Virus record (IMG/VR): IMGVR_UViG_3300029913_000001
Strand: one strand, 5' to 3'
DNA: 64,000 nt
Source: a virus
Taxonomy: Duplodnaviria > Caudoviricetes
This document shows, in pieces, positions 33,751 through 44,359 of the stretch. Position numbers and translations under genes: made by a program. Numbering within the stretch: the stretch's first letter is position 1; each line of letters opens with the position of its first letter. A model generated the notes under the pieces. That model searched no databases, had not been told where the DNA came from, and was given only the letters and a program-made list of their open reading frames with translations.

Positions 33751-33948
33751 CTAACCTTTAATTTCAACTAAATGCCAATTATATGCATCGTCGCCTGGGC
33801 GGTAACAATACTTATATTGGAAATTACAGTACTCTAGCCAATAAATTATTCCGGATATTGGACACCGACGGGGGAGATACGTAAATCTCTTAACATTTTT
33901 AATATCACCAATAAGAGGCAACGGCTTTGGCTTTGGATAAAATCTCAT
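33751..33948 (-). CDS. Hypothetical protein
   Basis: 65 aa ORF. Confidence 0.45.
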   Translation of the reverse strand: MRFYPKPKPLPLIGDIKNVKRFTYLPRRCPISGIIYWLEYCNFQYKYCYRPGDDAYNWHLVEIKG

Positions 33949-34105
33949 TTATTCTACCTTCAACTTCTAAAGTTGTTTAGCAAGTTTTAAAACTGCGGGA
34001 CTTATATTCTCGATGAGTTTCAAATATTCCGAATCGACCAAATCTTCTATGTACATACTAATGAAATTAAGCGAGGCCGCTTCGGAAAATGAAATGTTCG
34101 CTGTC

Positions 34106-34309
34106 TTACTCTTCGTCTTCCCATTCTTCATAATCGTTATCTGGGGTCGTCGCCTGCTTCGTGAACATCGGAAAGAATAAAATTATGCTTCCCACTAACG
34201 AGAGTGCAATACCGATGCGTGGATTAAAACCGAAAATTAGGCAAGCGATAACGATTATAATTCCGCCAAGTCTAACAAAATTATTAAATGATTTATCCGA
34301 AAGTCTCAT
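34106..34309 (-). CDS. Small two-TM membrane protein
   Basis: Two hydrophobic segments and an acidic tail. Confidence 0.6.
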   Translation of the reverse strand: MRLSDKSFNNFVRLGGIIIVIACLIFGFNPRIGIALSLVGSIILFFPMFTKQATTPDNDYEEWEDEE

Positions 34310-35731
34310 TTATACCTCCGCCAATTCTCGGATCTCATCCAACGTCTGGTGACGCAGCACAACGCCGTTTCGGAAAACAAGCTCGAGTTGATTACCATAT
34401 ACACCTTCACCATTATCCTGCACCGTACTGAATAACCCAGTATTCTCAGAATAAATTAGCGCTGGACGACCCTTGAAAGATGCCTTTGATGGATCGCCTT
34501 TCGGCGCCTTCCACACAGGAGTATCAATATTGTCGAATCGTACATTGCAGAACTTCATAGCAGACTTCATTGAATCGCGATTAATTCCCTTATGGAGTAG
34601 CCCACCGCCCATACCCACAACAATGTTTTCGACACTCCACCCGGCGTTCTTAACCGTCTCATACAATTTACGGATGGAAAAAATATCCATCCCATCGCCC
34701 CAAAGCAGGCCAACACATGGAGTCAGTACCTTGTATCCTTTACTATTAACAGAATAACCAAACCGATCTCCGAGAATTTCAAGCAATACAGGAACCTTAA
34801 CAGAAGGATCACCAGAATCTGGACGAGCAACAACTTTAGTTTTACCATGAAGAATTTGATCTCGGAAAGTACCACCTAAAATTTCACGAACAAAATATTC
34901 ATCATCGTAACTGTCGATCACGATACTAAGAACGGGCGCATCTTTATATGCTTCTAGAATTCGTGCAACGACATGTCGTTCACCTTCGGGGCCTTCAATA
35001 GTTTGCACAAAATGTTCGGTTGCCGGAACGCTAAATGCACTTACCCTATCTGCTCCGTAATATTGATGCAGCAGACTCATTCCAATAACGGTGTCTGTGC
35101 CCTTAAAATTCATAAGATGCGCGGCGCCGCCAATTGCAGCCTGATGGGGCCCTGAAACAGCACGGCCGCCAAAATCATGCAACATAAACGGTAAAGCAGC
35201 ATAGGAATCGGAGGTCAGTGAGAGATATTCCTTGGCTAGTTTCTTAACTTCGCGACTTTGGGTAGCAACAATACTCCCATACCAATTTCGCATTAGTCGA
35301 GTTTCACACCAACCCGGCAACCAGGCGCATTTTTCATCTGTGCTTTCAACGGTGAAGACGACATTGTTAATGCCATTATTGGCAATATTAAATGGGCGGC
35401 CCTCCTTGATTGCTCGAATTTCAATTGGCAATCGTCCATGATACCTATCCAGAATATACTGCCATTGTGCCTTAGGATAGGGAAAGCCGCCATAAAAATG
35501 AATCTGACTATCTGCATAAGCCTCATCAAGATTTTCCTGCGTAAAGAACTTGCCCTCGAATTCGGCCATTAGCTGATACTGCAATCCGAAAAATACTGCC
35601 TCGCTATAAATTCCACCGCGGTTGCAGTAGTAATTCATTGCCTCGGTTAGATTGCTGGGGAGAACCTGGGGATGAGTATTCTTGTAGCTATCGGTATCCA
35701 GCAGCGGATTAATTACTAGTGGGGTTGGCAT
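34310..35731 (-). CDS. nadV: Nicotinamide phosphoribosyltransferase
   Basis: LDTDSYK.TH, VFFGLQY, LHDFGGR, VPATEH, SIVIDSYD, ARPDSGDP, WGDG, GMGGGLL, RD...AMK. Confidence 0.95.
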   Translation of the reverse strand: MPTPLVINPLLDTDSYKNTHPQVLPSNLTEAMNYYCNRGGIYSEAVFFGLQYQLMAEFEGKFFTQENLDEAYADSQIHFYGGFPYPKAQWQYILDRYHGRLPIEIRAIKEGRPFNIANNGINNVVFTVESTDEKCAWLPGWCETRLMRNWYGSIVATQSREVKKLAKEYLSLTSDSYAALPFMLHDFGGRAVSGPHQAAIGGAAHLMNFKGTDTVIGMSLLHQYYGADRVSAFSVPATEHFVQTIEGPEGERHVVARILEAYKDAPVLSIVIDSYDDEYFVREILGGTFRDQILHGKTKVVARPDSGDPSVKVPVLLEILGDRFGYSVNSKGYKVLTPCVGLLWGDGMDIFSIRKLYETVKNAGWSVENIVVGMGGGLLHKGINRDSMKSAMKFCNVRFDNIDTPVWKAPKGDPSKASFKGRPALIYSENTGLFSTVQDNGEGVYGNQLELVFRNGVVLRHQTLDEIRELAEV

Positions 35732-35786
35732 TTTAATATTCCTTTCTTAATCTTATTATATATTATTTTTGATAATATTGCAAGAA

Positions 35787-36257
35787 TTATTTTGGCCATT
35801 TTGAAAAATCAAACGGTTCTTTCGGATTGGCCCAGTCATCGTCCGTTAATCCGTTTTCGGTATAATAACCGGCGAACGCAATTCGAAGATTTTGTACCAA
35901 TGCATCCGGATCGAAGTCATTTTCAGTTCCATCCATTGTTGCACATTTAACGGCGTATCGTCCCGCAGCTACGATTGCTCGATCAAATTGTTCTCGGCTT
36001 AAGGTAATTGTTCTCCCGGGTTCCGATTCGTTCCAAATACTAATATGAATTTCACCGTTGCCGCCCATACGAAACGGCATAGGCGGCGCATTGTACCCAG
36101 TATCTGATTTCTTGTATAACCAATGATCTTTGGGAAGATCCATGGACATTACAGCAAATCCCGAGCCGTCCCCTAAGTCTTGGACTTCGTTAATTTTTCC
36201 ATTGCAGTCTGTTGCGAGTTGTGTTAATGTATCCACGACGGCCATTTCACTCTCCAA
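35787..36257 (-). CDS. Hypothetical protein
   Basis: 156 aa; LPKDHWL and DFDPDALVQN motifs. Confidence 0.65.
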   Translation of the reverse strand: MESEMAVVDTLTQLATDCNGKINEVQDLGDGSGFAVMSMDLPKDHWLYKKSDTGYNAPPMPFRMGGNGEIHISIWNESEPGRTITLSREQFDRAIVAAGRYAVKCATMDGTENDFDPDALVQNLRIAFAGYYTENGLTDDDWANPKEPFDFSKWPK

Positions 36258-36265
36258 TTTTAATT

Positions 36266-36502
36266 TTATTGTTCCAGCCGGTGTACTAATTCTTTCTCAA
36301 TGAAATCTAATGCCCACAACCAGGCAAAATATTCGGCTTGGACTCCATTTTTATCCCATCGAGTATCGACCATACGCCGGTTGTCGGCATAAATAAATCC
36401 ATCCGAAAAATAAGCCTTTGGATAAGATTGCAACACGATATACTTATTTTTTTCTAATGCGGGAGTAAGCCACGAATTTAGAAAAGATTTATCAAATTTC
36501 AT
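36266..36502 (-). CDS. 'YPxA...AW' family protein
   Basis: IVLQSYPKA ... FAWLWALDFIEKELVHRLEQ. Confidence 0.6.
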   Translation of the reverse strand: MKFDKSFLNSWLTPALEKNKYIVLQSYPKAYFSDGFIYADNRRMVDTRWDKNGVQAEYFAWLWALDFIEKELVHRLEQ

Positions 36503-36747
36503 TTATAGATTTCTTTCATACCGTAAGATAATTTTTCAGCAAGTGCTTTATTTTTATCGATAATTTTATTAATCTTCTCGAGTTTAGCGAGACGATCGAC
36601 TGTTAGCTTTTCAATGGCGGATGTTACACCATCCAATGAATCGGAATATCCGGCTGCATCTGCATTCTGAATTCTCCATCTCCACCCATCTCCGGTGTTG
36701 TCTGGCTCAATTATTACCTTTTCCCAAACAGATAAAAGATTTTTCAT
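36499..36747 (-). CDS. Hypothetical protein
   Basis: 82 aa; overlapping start and stop codons with its neighbours. Confidence 0.55.
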   Translation of the reverse strand: MKNLLSVWEKVIIEPDNTGDGWRWRIQNADAAGYSDSLDGVTSAIEKLTVDRLAKLEKINKIIDKNKALAEKLSYGMKEIYK

Positions 36748-37316
36748 TGCGCACCCTTCTTTAATTTTTCAATACAAATTAGACGATATTCATTCGCGGT
36801 GGTTTCATTAACAAATCCTGCAATCCTTTCATCGTCTAGATAAATAGCATATTCTTTAAAGAATATGCTGTTAACATCATATTCTTCCCCAGCAACAACC
36901 CTAACTCGATCTTCCGGAGTTTTTTCGGTTTCTACGAATTTATTGTATATCTTTTGTGCGAAGCCTACGGGGAAGACATATTCCTGGTAGTAGTTTAAAA
37001 GTTCTTCATCGAGAATAATTTTAAAGCGAGTAGCCGCGGTCAACATCGCTGCGGTCATCGAGCGCACTGCTAAAGATTCGGTATCATCTCTAAAATTTTT
37101 GCTATCATTTGCAGCAGCGATCATATCTTTAACTAGGTCATGGCCCACAGCAGACAGCGTATTATCTGAATTTAAAATTCTTTTTAAATCATTAATTAGG
37201 TCTACAAACATATAAGAGTCATCATCTTGATAGCGATAAACCAAATCTTGCGCGGCATCAAATTCTTCTATAATATTCATGTTTCCTCTCGTATTACTCG
37301 ATATTAATTTTTCCAA
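36744..37316 (-). CDS. Hypothetical protein
   Basis: 190 aa ORF. Confidence 0.6.
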   Translation of the reverse strand: MEKLISSNTRGNMNIIEEFDAAQDLVYRYQDDDSYMFVDLINDLKRILNSDNTLSAVGHDLVKDMIAAANDSKNFRDDTESLAVRSMTAAMLTAATRFKIILDEELLNYYQEYVFPVGFAQKIYNKFVETEKTPEDRVRVVAGEEYDVNSIFFKEYAIYLDDERIAGFVNETTANEYRLICIEKLKKGAQ

Positions 37317-37698
37317 ATAAAGAATATTTTGTTATTTTGTGCTTTCTATACATTGGCGAGATCTTTTTCTGGATCATTTTTAATAGGTCACTTAATAAGA
37401 TGCAAATCACTCCAATAAGAATAACCGCTAGAAAAAATGCCCACCAAATCGGAAAAATAATAACGCCGAACCAATATTCTGCAATGGTTAAATCTAATAG
37501 ATTAGAACCATCCGATAATCCAAATATTGTCATAATTTTATAATGCCATGAATTTTTACGAATTTTCATATTATCCTTCCGTGTTCGTTTCCTTCCAACG
37601 CTGCTCCCAATTTTTGTCAACCTGTATTGCTGCGTCCTCTGGATGTCCGGGACGAATCTGTGCGCCGGGATGCCATTGTGGTAATTCGACACTGCCAT
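37294..37698 (-). CDS. Membrane protein (true start probably MKIRKNSWHYK)
   Basis: Long hydrophobic stretch; the N-terminal extension is doubtful. Confidence 0.45.
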   Translation of the reverse strand: MAVSNYHNGIPAHRFVPDIQRTQQYRLTKIGSSVGRKRTRKDNMKIRKNSWHYKIMTIFGLSDGSNLLDLTIAEYWFGVIIFPIWWAFFLAVILIGVICILLSDLLKMIQKKISPMYRKHKITKYSLFGKINIE

Positions 37699-37799
37699 CT
37701 AGGCGGGCCTTAGGAACATACTCAACCCCATCGATAACAACTTGTTTCATCGTTTCTCCTGATATAACAGTAACAACAGTTGAGTGAATTAACGATAAT

Positions 37800-38045
37800 C
37801 TATCTTGCTAGTTTATCGAGTAATTTCTCATCGAAATATTCACGCCATTTACCAACTCGCCATTTACACGGCAAAATAACATTATAGATGTGATTCATAA
37901 TATATTCAGGTTTACTACAATCGATTACCTCTGCCACTCCGATGTGCATGATAACTTTTCCAAATCGCGTAACAATAATTTCGCTATTGTCATCGGAAAA
38001 ATCCCAGTCGTATTCATTTTCGATTGGCATTTTATACTTGCCCAT
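37800..38045 (-). CDS. Hypothetical protein
   Basis: 81 aa; ends EKLLDKLAR. Confidence 0.5.
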   Translation of the reverse strand: MGKYKMPIENEYDWDFSDDNSEIIVTRFGKVIMHIGVAEVIDCSKPEYIMNHIYNVILPCKWRVGKWREYFDEKLLDKLAR

Positions 38046-39036
38046 ATAGATGATTCTTTAACATTTTGAAAAGAATCTGATGTTCCTTTTCGAACATATC
38101 CTCTGTTACTGCTTCGATCGGGAAAAATCGTGTAGTACTAATATCGTCGCCGCCGGTAGTCTCGAGACTACCTACTTCGCCGAGAAAGAAAATGGTTTTA
38201 ATCGTTTCGGAACTATCTCTATATCGCCAATCGTCAATCTGGGTACTTCCAATATATTCTAATTTTCCGGGAGTGGTAAGCGTTTCTTCCATACTTTCCA
38301 TAGTAGCATCAGATTCATAGCTAACATTTTGCGGGCGTAGTTTGCCCATCGCATGACCACCGGGAAATCTATATCCCTTTTCATCACTCCGCTTCGCTAA
38401 CAACAGTTGAATATCATCTTCAACATTCAACGATACACGCTCTCCTGAAGCTACTCGGAAATCTGGATTCTTAATCTTACTACGATGAATAATTGCTACA
38501 TCAACGGTTGGAATAACTCGATCAAACGTGTTTCTTGTTGCGTAAATAACTCCAGCTCTGAATTCGGGACTATCCAATGCTTCGTTGGCCGCTACATTTC
38601 GAAGAGTGGTACCGGAAATTGTCTGATCTACCGGCATCGTCAATTCAACAACCTTACGACGGCCAGAATAAGATTTCAAGAAACTATCGCGACTTCCATA
38701 CAAAGTGGCCTTGCCGTACGGCACCCTCTCTGTAATTAGTCGATCAAGATCCTGGCTCCATAATTCATCTGTCTTCCGATTATGAATCGGATAAACTTCA
38801 TAATTAGGATATGCTGCATGAATCATTTTTCGCCTAGTATCAAAATCAAGCGGATCATTTTTTGTCGGTGCTATTCCAACCGGCAGGCAGCCTAGGAAAA
38901 CGATGACCCGTGGATGAATTCTACCTACTGCATCGAGTAATGCTCGATGACCCTCGTGCAATTCTGGTAATTGAAACCTAGCAACCAAAACACCATAATC
39001 GGGCTGTGTGATATTACTCATTGTTCTTCCTTTCAC
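38032..39036 (-). CDS. nadM: Bifunctional NMN adenylyltransferase / Nudix hydrolase (NadM-Nudix type)
   Basis: VARFQLPELHEGH (HxGH), GSRDSF, SGTTLR, then a Nudix region FPGG...EE and GGDD. Confidence 0.9.
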   Translation of the reverse strand: MKGRTMSNITQPDYGVLVARFQLPELHEGHRALLDAVGRIHPRVIVFLGCLPVGIAPTKNDPLDFDTRRKMIHAAYPNYEVYPIHNRKTDELWSQDLDRLITERVPYGKATLYGSRDSFLKSYSGRRKVVELTMPVDQTISGTTLRNVAANEALDSPEFRAGVIYATRNTFDRVIPTVDVAIIHRSKIKNPDFRVASGERVSLNVEDDIQLLLAKRSDEKGYRFPGGHAMGKLRPQNVSYESDATMESMEETLTTPGKLEYIGSTQIDDWRYRDSSETIKTIFFLGEVGSLETTGGDDISTTRFFPIEAVTEDMFEKEHQILFKMLKNHLYGQV

Positions 39037-39307
39037 TGTCGGTTAAATAATTTTCATATTTTCCATTGTTAGCGTAATATGCGTCCCATGATTCTTTGGA
39101 AATTTGAGTGGTATATGAAGATCCACGTCGCTTTTCCGAAAGAAGTGATCGCCGCTTTTCCCAATAATTAGCACGTAGCACAATAGCAAAAATGAAAATA
39201 GTTAAAAAAGCCAAATACCAATAAAAATTACGATAAACGAAAAACAGTTGAACCGCCAACAGGCAAAATTCTACCGTTAGTACTGTCCAAATAAATTTAC
39301 GCATCAT
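39014..39307 (-). CDS. Small membrane protein
   Basis: Two TM segments. Confidence 0.55.
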   Translation of the reverse strand: MMRKFIWTVLTVEFCLLAVQLFFVYRNFYWYLAFLTIFIFAIVLRANYWEKRRSLLSEKRRGSSYTTQISKESWDAYYANNGKYENYLTDSERKNNE

Positions 39308-39746
39308 TTTCTCTTTCTTGCAACTCTTTTCGAATTGCCATCAAAATTTTTCCAAGATGATTTTTACCGACACCCTTGCAAACGCCCCAAAATGTATCAC
39401 CCCAGGTATTACCCTCGATAAGAATTGCATCTTCGGTCGCCAACAATTTTTGTCTTAATTCCGAATTCGTAAACTTTTGGCAAAGCAAATCAACCATTAC
39501 ATTAAGTTTAACGTCATTCCAATCGGATCGGAGGGTAGTCAGCCGCCCTAATCTTTTTGCTTTACCGGGAGTAGTTGCGTCCCGTATTTCGATCCGTTGA
39601 TCTAAATTAAAGGTTTTGCTCGCCTGATATGCGCGTTCAACATCTCGGTACCGAAAATTATCATCTTCGAGCCGAATGCCGCCGGGTACATAAGAAAAAT
39701 TACTTAAAAACTCAAACTCCCCGACAAATTTATCAATAATTTTCAT
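39297..39746 (-). CDS. NADAR (YbiA-like) protein
   Basis: FLSNF, VERAYQASK, AKRLGR, LRSDW, KF...L...LL.T, IEGNTWGDTFWG, G.NHLGKILM. Confidence 0.93.
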   Translation of the reverse strand: MKIIDKFVGEFEFLSNFSYVPGGIRLEDDNFRYRDVERAYQASKTFNLDQRIEIRDATTPGKAKRLGRLTTLRSDWNDVKLNVMVDLLCQKFTNSELRQKLLATEDAILIEGNTWGDTFWGVCKGVGKNHLGKILMAIRKELQERENDA

Positions 39747-39787
39747 TACTCTTTTATTATAATACTCGCAGTGAGAATAGTCAACAG

Positions 39788-40000
39788 TTAAATATGCAAA
39801 TCAATTTTAATATTATCGCCATCCTTATATTTTGCGAAAAATAGGCAAGGAAGCCATGCAACAACAATAATAAAAAAAATTACTGCCGGACCAAGATTCG
39901 GATATTTTGTAATTGTCGGGCCACTGACGGAACCGAAGTGAAAAACCATCCCAGCCAAGATTAAGCCAAAGACAATATAAACCAAAAAAATAATTCCCAT
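39788..40000 (-). CDS. Small two-TM membrane protein
   Basis: Hydrophobic segments. Confidence 0.55.
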   Translation of the reverse strand: MGIIFLVYIVFGLILAGMVFHFGSVSGPTITKYPNLGPAVIFFIIVVAWLPCLFFAKYKDGDNIKIDLHI

Positions 40001-40008
40001 AAATCCTT

Positions 40009-40635
40009 TTATTCCGATGCTATTCGGATTTTAAGTTCGGTAATGTAACGTGAAATATTTGTTCTAGCCGCTCGCTCCCAAATTGCACGAGTCTCTGAGC
40101 ACCAGAAAATACAAGGTACCGATAAAAATTTGTTCATTATTGCCATTTGCCCGGCATAAAAATCCTTATCAGTCATCCAGGCAAATTCTTTTCGAATATT
40201 CGAATTATTTTTCAAAAACGTTGTGTACGGGGCAGCCAACGAGCTGAGATCCAGATCAATAAAGAAATTTAAATCCTTGTTAAATCCTGTGTAAAATTCG
40301 TCGTACGATTTATGATTTAAATGGTCGGCAGTACCCGAAATCATCAGGCTAATGATCTCGGCATCGGACTTCGATGTAAAATTCTGGTAGCGGTTGAACA
40401 ACTGAACACTATCTTCAACACTGAAATGATCTGGACGATAATTCCCATTATCAACAGTTTGATAAACTGCATCATGCCAAAAAATTGCGTGCATAATTAA
40501 ATCTGACCGTGTACAGATGCCGGAAAAAATATCTAATTTTGTTAACATATCCTTAACATGACGCCAGCTATGATAGTAACGCAATTCATACCCGGACAAT
40601 GCCGACCAGAATCCATCAAGATAATCGGCCTGCAT
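40009..40635 (-). CDS. HD-superfamily phosphohydrolase (COG4339-like)
   Basis: RYYHSWRH, FWHDAVY, FIDLDLSSL, IRKEF. Confidence 0.85.
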   Translation of the reverse strand: MQADYLDGFWSALSGYELRYYHSWRHVKDMLTKLDIFSGICTRSDLIMHAIFWHDAVYQTVDNGNYRPDHFSVEDSVQLFNRYQNFTSKSDAEIISLMISGTADHLNHKSYDEFYTGFNKDLNFFIDLDLSSLAAPYTTFLKNNSNIRKEFAWMTDKDFYAGQMAIMNKFLSVPCIFWCSETRAIWERAARTNISRYITELKIRIASE

Positions 40636-40667
40636 AAGACTCTTATATTTTTAAATTCATTCCACTC

Positions 40668-40916
40668 CTATTGGTGCGGCACCATATTTATAATAATTGC
40701 CGGCCAGCACAAAACAATTACTAATAAAAGCGCAGCGGATAGTATCGACCTATCAGAGTTGGTTTTGCTCATTAATTCATCCAGCATTTGATTGATACTA
40801 TCCCATTGCAAATGCAGTAAATATCCTGCGATTAAAAAACCAGTTAGAAAATAAAATAAAAGAAAAAACATTATTTCTCCAATCCGTAAAACTTTTTCAA
40901 CCAAGGAAGAATCCAT
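40668..40916 (-). CDS. Small membrane protein
   Basis: Two TM segments; the start overlaps the upstream gene. Confidence 0.5.
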   Translation of the reverse strand: MDSSLVEKVLRIGEIMFFLLFYFLTGFLIAGYLLHLQWDSINQMLDELMSKTNSDRSILSAALLLVIVLCWPAIIINMVPHQ

Positions 40917-41851
40917 TCTTCATATTCTTTTCGTAGTTCGACAGTCAATGCCGGTAACTTTGATTCTAGTGAAAGTGTCTTTAATGTATCTACCCCAACT
41001 AAAATCTGCTCACGAATTTTTTCAATAGGATGCTCTCCACGACGAATAGATTTTAAATACTCAGCGTAATCTGATGTGTACGGATATTTAAGTTTCTTTC
41101 CAGACAATAAATCAATGCCCTCATTAACGATCCTTAAAGCATGGGAAACTGCCTTCCAATCGGCGGTAGACTGCGCAGCATCTTTTGCTCGAGTTCCAAA
41201 TTTTGCGACTTGAACATTTACAATATCAAGATTAGTTTCAAATGCGCTCGAATACGGTAAAATCTTTTCCAATAATTTAATACACGGCCGCATATTTTGG
41301 CCGGCCGAATCAATAGCATAATCGGTTATTGAAAAATATTTCGGATAATCTTTTTCAATTTCTACGGCAAGTTCCTCAAATTCAGCTTGATGATCTACAA
41401 TACGATGCAATTTTGGAAATCTTTTAAATAAATCTCTAGCGTCCAGGGCCGCATTTAATCGGTCACCTTTATCAGAATACACTTGGGCCTGGTTGACCGC
41501 ATATCCTACCATTGATTTAATATTAGCCGTCAAAAATTTATCGTGTAATTCGGTGCAAAACAATGGAAATCTTCCATCGTATATCGCCTGCTCACCGTCA
41601 ACACACTCAACCGATGCAGCTAGCTCTAGCGCATATGTCTGCCCCTCCATAAAATCTCTTGCAAAAACCTGTAGAGGAACATTTTCACAATCGATATCGT
41701 TAATAACGGGCCTGGTATTTTTAATCGACTTACCAAGCAACAAGGAATCTAACTCAGGAAGTACAATGTATTTCATATCCCTATCCGATTCGGGTGTAGA
41801 AGTTCCATAAAGTTGTGATCCGTATAGACAAGAAAATAAAATCTTTTGCAT
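40871..41851 (-). CDS. Pol-beta-superfamily nucleotidyltransferase (RlaP / T4 NrdC.11-like)
   Basis: GSQLYGTSTPESDRD; DWKAVSHALR; LKSIRRG. Confidence 0.85.
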   Translation of the reverse strand: MQKILFSCLYGSQLYGTSTPESDRDMKYIVLPELDSLLLGKSIKNTRPVINDIDCENVPLQVFARDFMEGQTYALELAASVECVDGEQAIYDGRFPLFCTELHDKFLTANIKSMVGYAVNQAQVYSDKGDRLNAALDARDLFKRFPKLHRIVDHQAEFEELAVEIEKDYPKYFSITDYAIDSAGQNMRPCIKLLEKILPYSSAFETNLDIVNVQVAKFGTRAKDAAQSTADWKAVSHALRIVNEGIDLLSGKKLKYPYTSDYAEYLKSIRRGEHPIEKIREQILVGVDTLKTLSLESKLPALTVELRKEYEEWILPWLKKFYGLEK

Positions 41852-42558
41852 ATTATATTCCTTTCAATGCGATAATTTCCAAACAAGTGCCTCGTTGTAC
41901 GATATTTTAAAAAGTTTGATTCCCGCAACGTTATATACGTAAGTATTTCCGGAACGAACAGTCATTTTAAACATCAGATTGCCGCTGTTATCAACCTCAA
42001 CTATTCTTCCAAGAAATTCTTCCCCAGTGTAGCTCCTATAAATTGCCCAATCACCCAACTCAAAAATATGTTCGTCGCGTTTAGCCATATCATTTTTCCA
42101 AGTAATGAATTAAAATTTTATCTATGGTTGCTTTTTCAACCCACCGCAGGCTTACAGAAGTCCTATAAGATACTCCTAAAATTTCGGCTGTTTCAAAAAT
42201 AATAGACTCCGAGAATCCTAAATCATCACCGAGGTATATTCCCAAATATCGGTTACCCGACATTCCGGTATAAAAAATAGCGTCCCCCGGATTTAATTCA
42301 TCACCTGTCTTAGTGTAAATCATTTCGATAACCGATGAAGTAAAATCTTATCGGTGGGAACAATCACACATTTTTCGGTAACCATAATTCCGCCGTAGGC
42401 CCCACCCTCTTCAGTAACGAGTACTATTTTCTTTGGACGAATTTCAGATATTTGTAACAATATAAGAGTTTGCCCCTTATAGCCAGGTGTAAGAATCCAA
42501 TCTCCTACTTTAAATTCATCACCGAAAAAATCTACCATTATTGCTCCAATTTATAAAT

Positions 42559-42888
42559 CTAATATCCCGAAATAACACCAGATTGCACCTCTAGATACCA
42601 TGCACCAAAATCGTGATCTTTATTAAGAATATCTTGTTCAGCTTCTGCGTCAAATAATACCTTAGCCTTACTAAGGTATTCATACATCTTCTTCTCATCG
42701 CATTCTTGAAGCATATCAAAATTATGCTGAAATGCTAGGTAATGTCCGATAAGATTCTTTTGCAAGACGAGCTTAATTTCATGCTCGGTTAATTCACGGT
42801 ATTTTAGAACGCGCTTAAGAGTTTCGAGTAACGGATAAAAAGTATTGCCAAAGTCATTATCGCCTAATACAATTGCAATTGTTCTCAT
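42559..42888 (-). CDS. Hypothetical protein
   Basis: 109 aa; GDNDFGNTF motif. Confidence 0.6.
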   Translation of the reverse strand: MRTIAIVLGDNDFGNTFYPLLETLKRVLKYRELTEHEIKLVLQKNLIGHYLAFQHNFDMLQECDEKKMYEYLSKAKVLFDAEAEQDILNKDHDFGAWYLEVQSGVISGY

Positions 42889-43100
42889 ATTATCTCCGTC
42901 GTTATTATTCCTCTAGCCGATAAATTAGTGCTTCCGCATCAGTTAATTTTGTTATTATTTCATCCCGTAAACTACACCAGCCAAGGTATTCTGGAAATCG
43001 AATAAGAAAACAATCACGCCGGTAATCGACTACCGAAATAACTATTCCTATTTCGCTAGGCAGTTCATTGAGTCCTTGAACCCGAACATAATCACCAATG

Positions 43101-43310
43101 TTAAACATTATCTTCAAAATGGAGCCGGTCAGTCAACCTCTTAATACCGGCGGTATATCTAATTACATCTGCAGAATATTTTGCATAATTATCAGCTGCA
43201 ATACTCCACTCAATATCCGTCAAATTTTCGCCTTTGATACATGCAGAATAATAGGCTTTTTGCATTTCGACATATTTTAATTTCTGTGCCAACGTAGCAA
43301 TTGCTCTCAT
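43101..43310 (-). CDS. Hypothetical protein
   Basis: 69 aa; its upstream region duplicates that of 42559..42888 (cattatctccgtcgttatt). Confidence 0.5.
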   Translation of the reverse strand: MRAIATLAQKLKYVEMQKAYYSACIKGENLTDIEWSIAADNYAKYSADVIRYTAGIKRLTDRLHFEDNV

Positions 43311-44359
43311 ATTATCTCCGTCGTTATTGCCCGAGTCGCCAAATCAATGCTTCATCATCGGTTAATTTTCTTAATGCTTCCACCACTATTATGTCATAAT
43401 AATCAAAACTATAATAAATTATAGCATACATTCGTCCGCCATATTCATCCTGCCGAAAACGATTTATTTGGCCAACCGTAGTATTTTTAAAAGTATCGAT
43501 AAATTCTACAAAATCATTAACCCGAAGTTCAATTCCATTTTTATCACATATCATATCGATAACTGGTAGATGAAAAGATCATCCGGTGTTAACTTAACAA
43601 GCGACTGAGAATACCAGATATAATTTTCATCCTTAATCTCATATAAATTACAATAGGCAGCGCCAGTGCCATTATCTTTTCCAATAAATTTAACTTTTTT
43701 CGGTAAAATACCAAAAATCGAAACTACCGAAAAGACATAAACCCAGTCGCCTACCGAAAATTTAACGCCATTTCGATCGTGCATTACAACCCCAGTCGAT
43801 AAATTAGCATTTCATCCGGCGAGACCTTCATCAGATCCAAAGGTGACCAGGGAAACTTCGATCCATTTTCATTCTCTAAGATTGCAAGTTCAGGAAAAAA
43901 TTCATTTGCTGCAGGTTTAAAAGAGACAACCTTTCTTGGTAAAAATTGATGCTGCCGTGAAAACGAAACAGAGCATACCCAATCACCAATTTTCAGTGGC
44001 GTATTTAACCGATCGCAAAAAGTAGTTGTAATCTTATTTGTCATTGACTCAACTTCCAAATTAAAAATTCAGCGGGTGAACACCCATGGAACTTCCGACC
44101 GTATTTCATGTTGCAATACATTTCGTACCCGGAAAGAGGAGCATTCGTCCAAGACGAGGAAATATCTTTTCTATTAATCCTCTTTTCGACTCCGATATAA
44201 CTGCCATCAACTAATTCACGAGAGAGCTCGTACGCAATGGCCTTGGCTCGTCGACGAGTACGTGTGAACCCTCGATAATCCAGCCAACGGCCATCTTTGT
44301 CGCACTCAAAAATACTCCACTTTCCGATAATTGCCCAGCTAGGCCGTCTCATTATTTCC

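Larger units (their letters stand above)
41864..44352 (-). repeat. Cluster of eight small paralog-like genes with a GD.V beta-barrel start and a shared C-terminal helix
   Basis: 41864, 42090, 42320, 42905, 43324, 43551, 43784 and 44041 end ALVWKLSH, ILIHYLEK, ILLHRLSK, ALIYRLEE, ALIWRLGQ, LFIYQLSI, MLIYRLGL and FLIWKLSQ. Confidence 0.7.
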
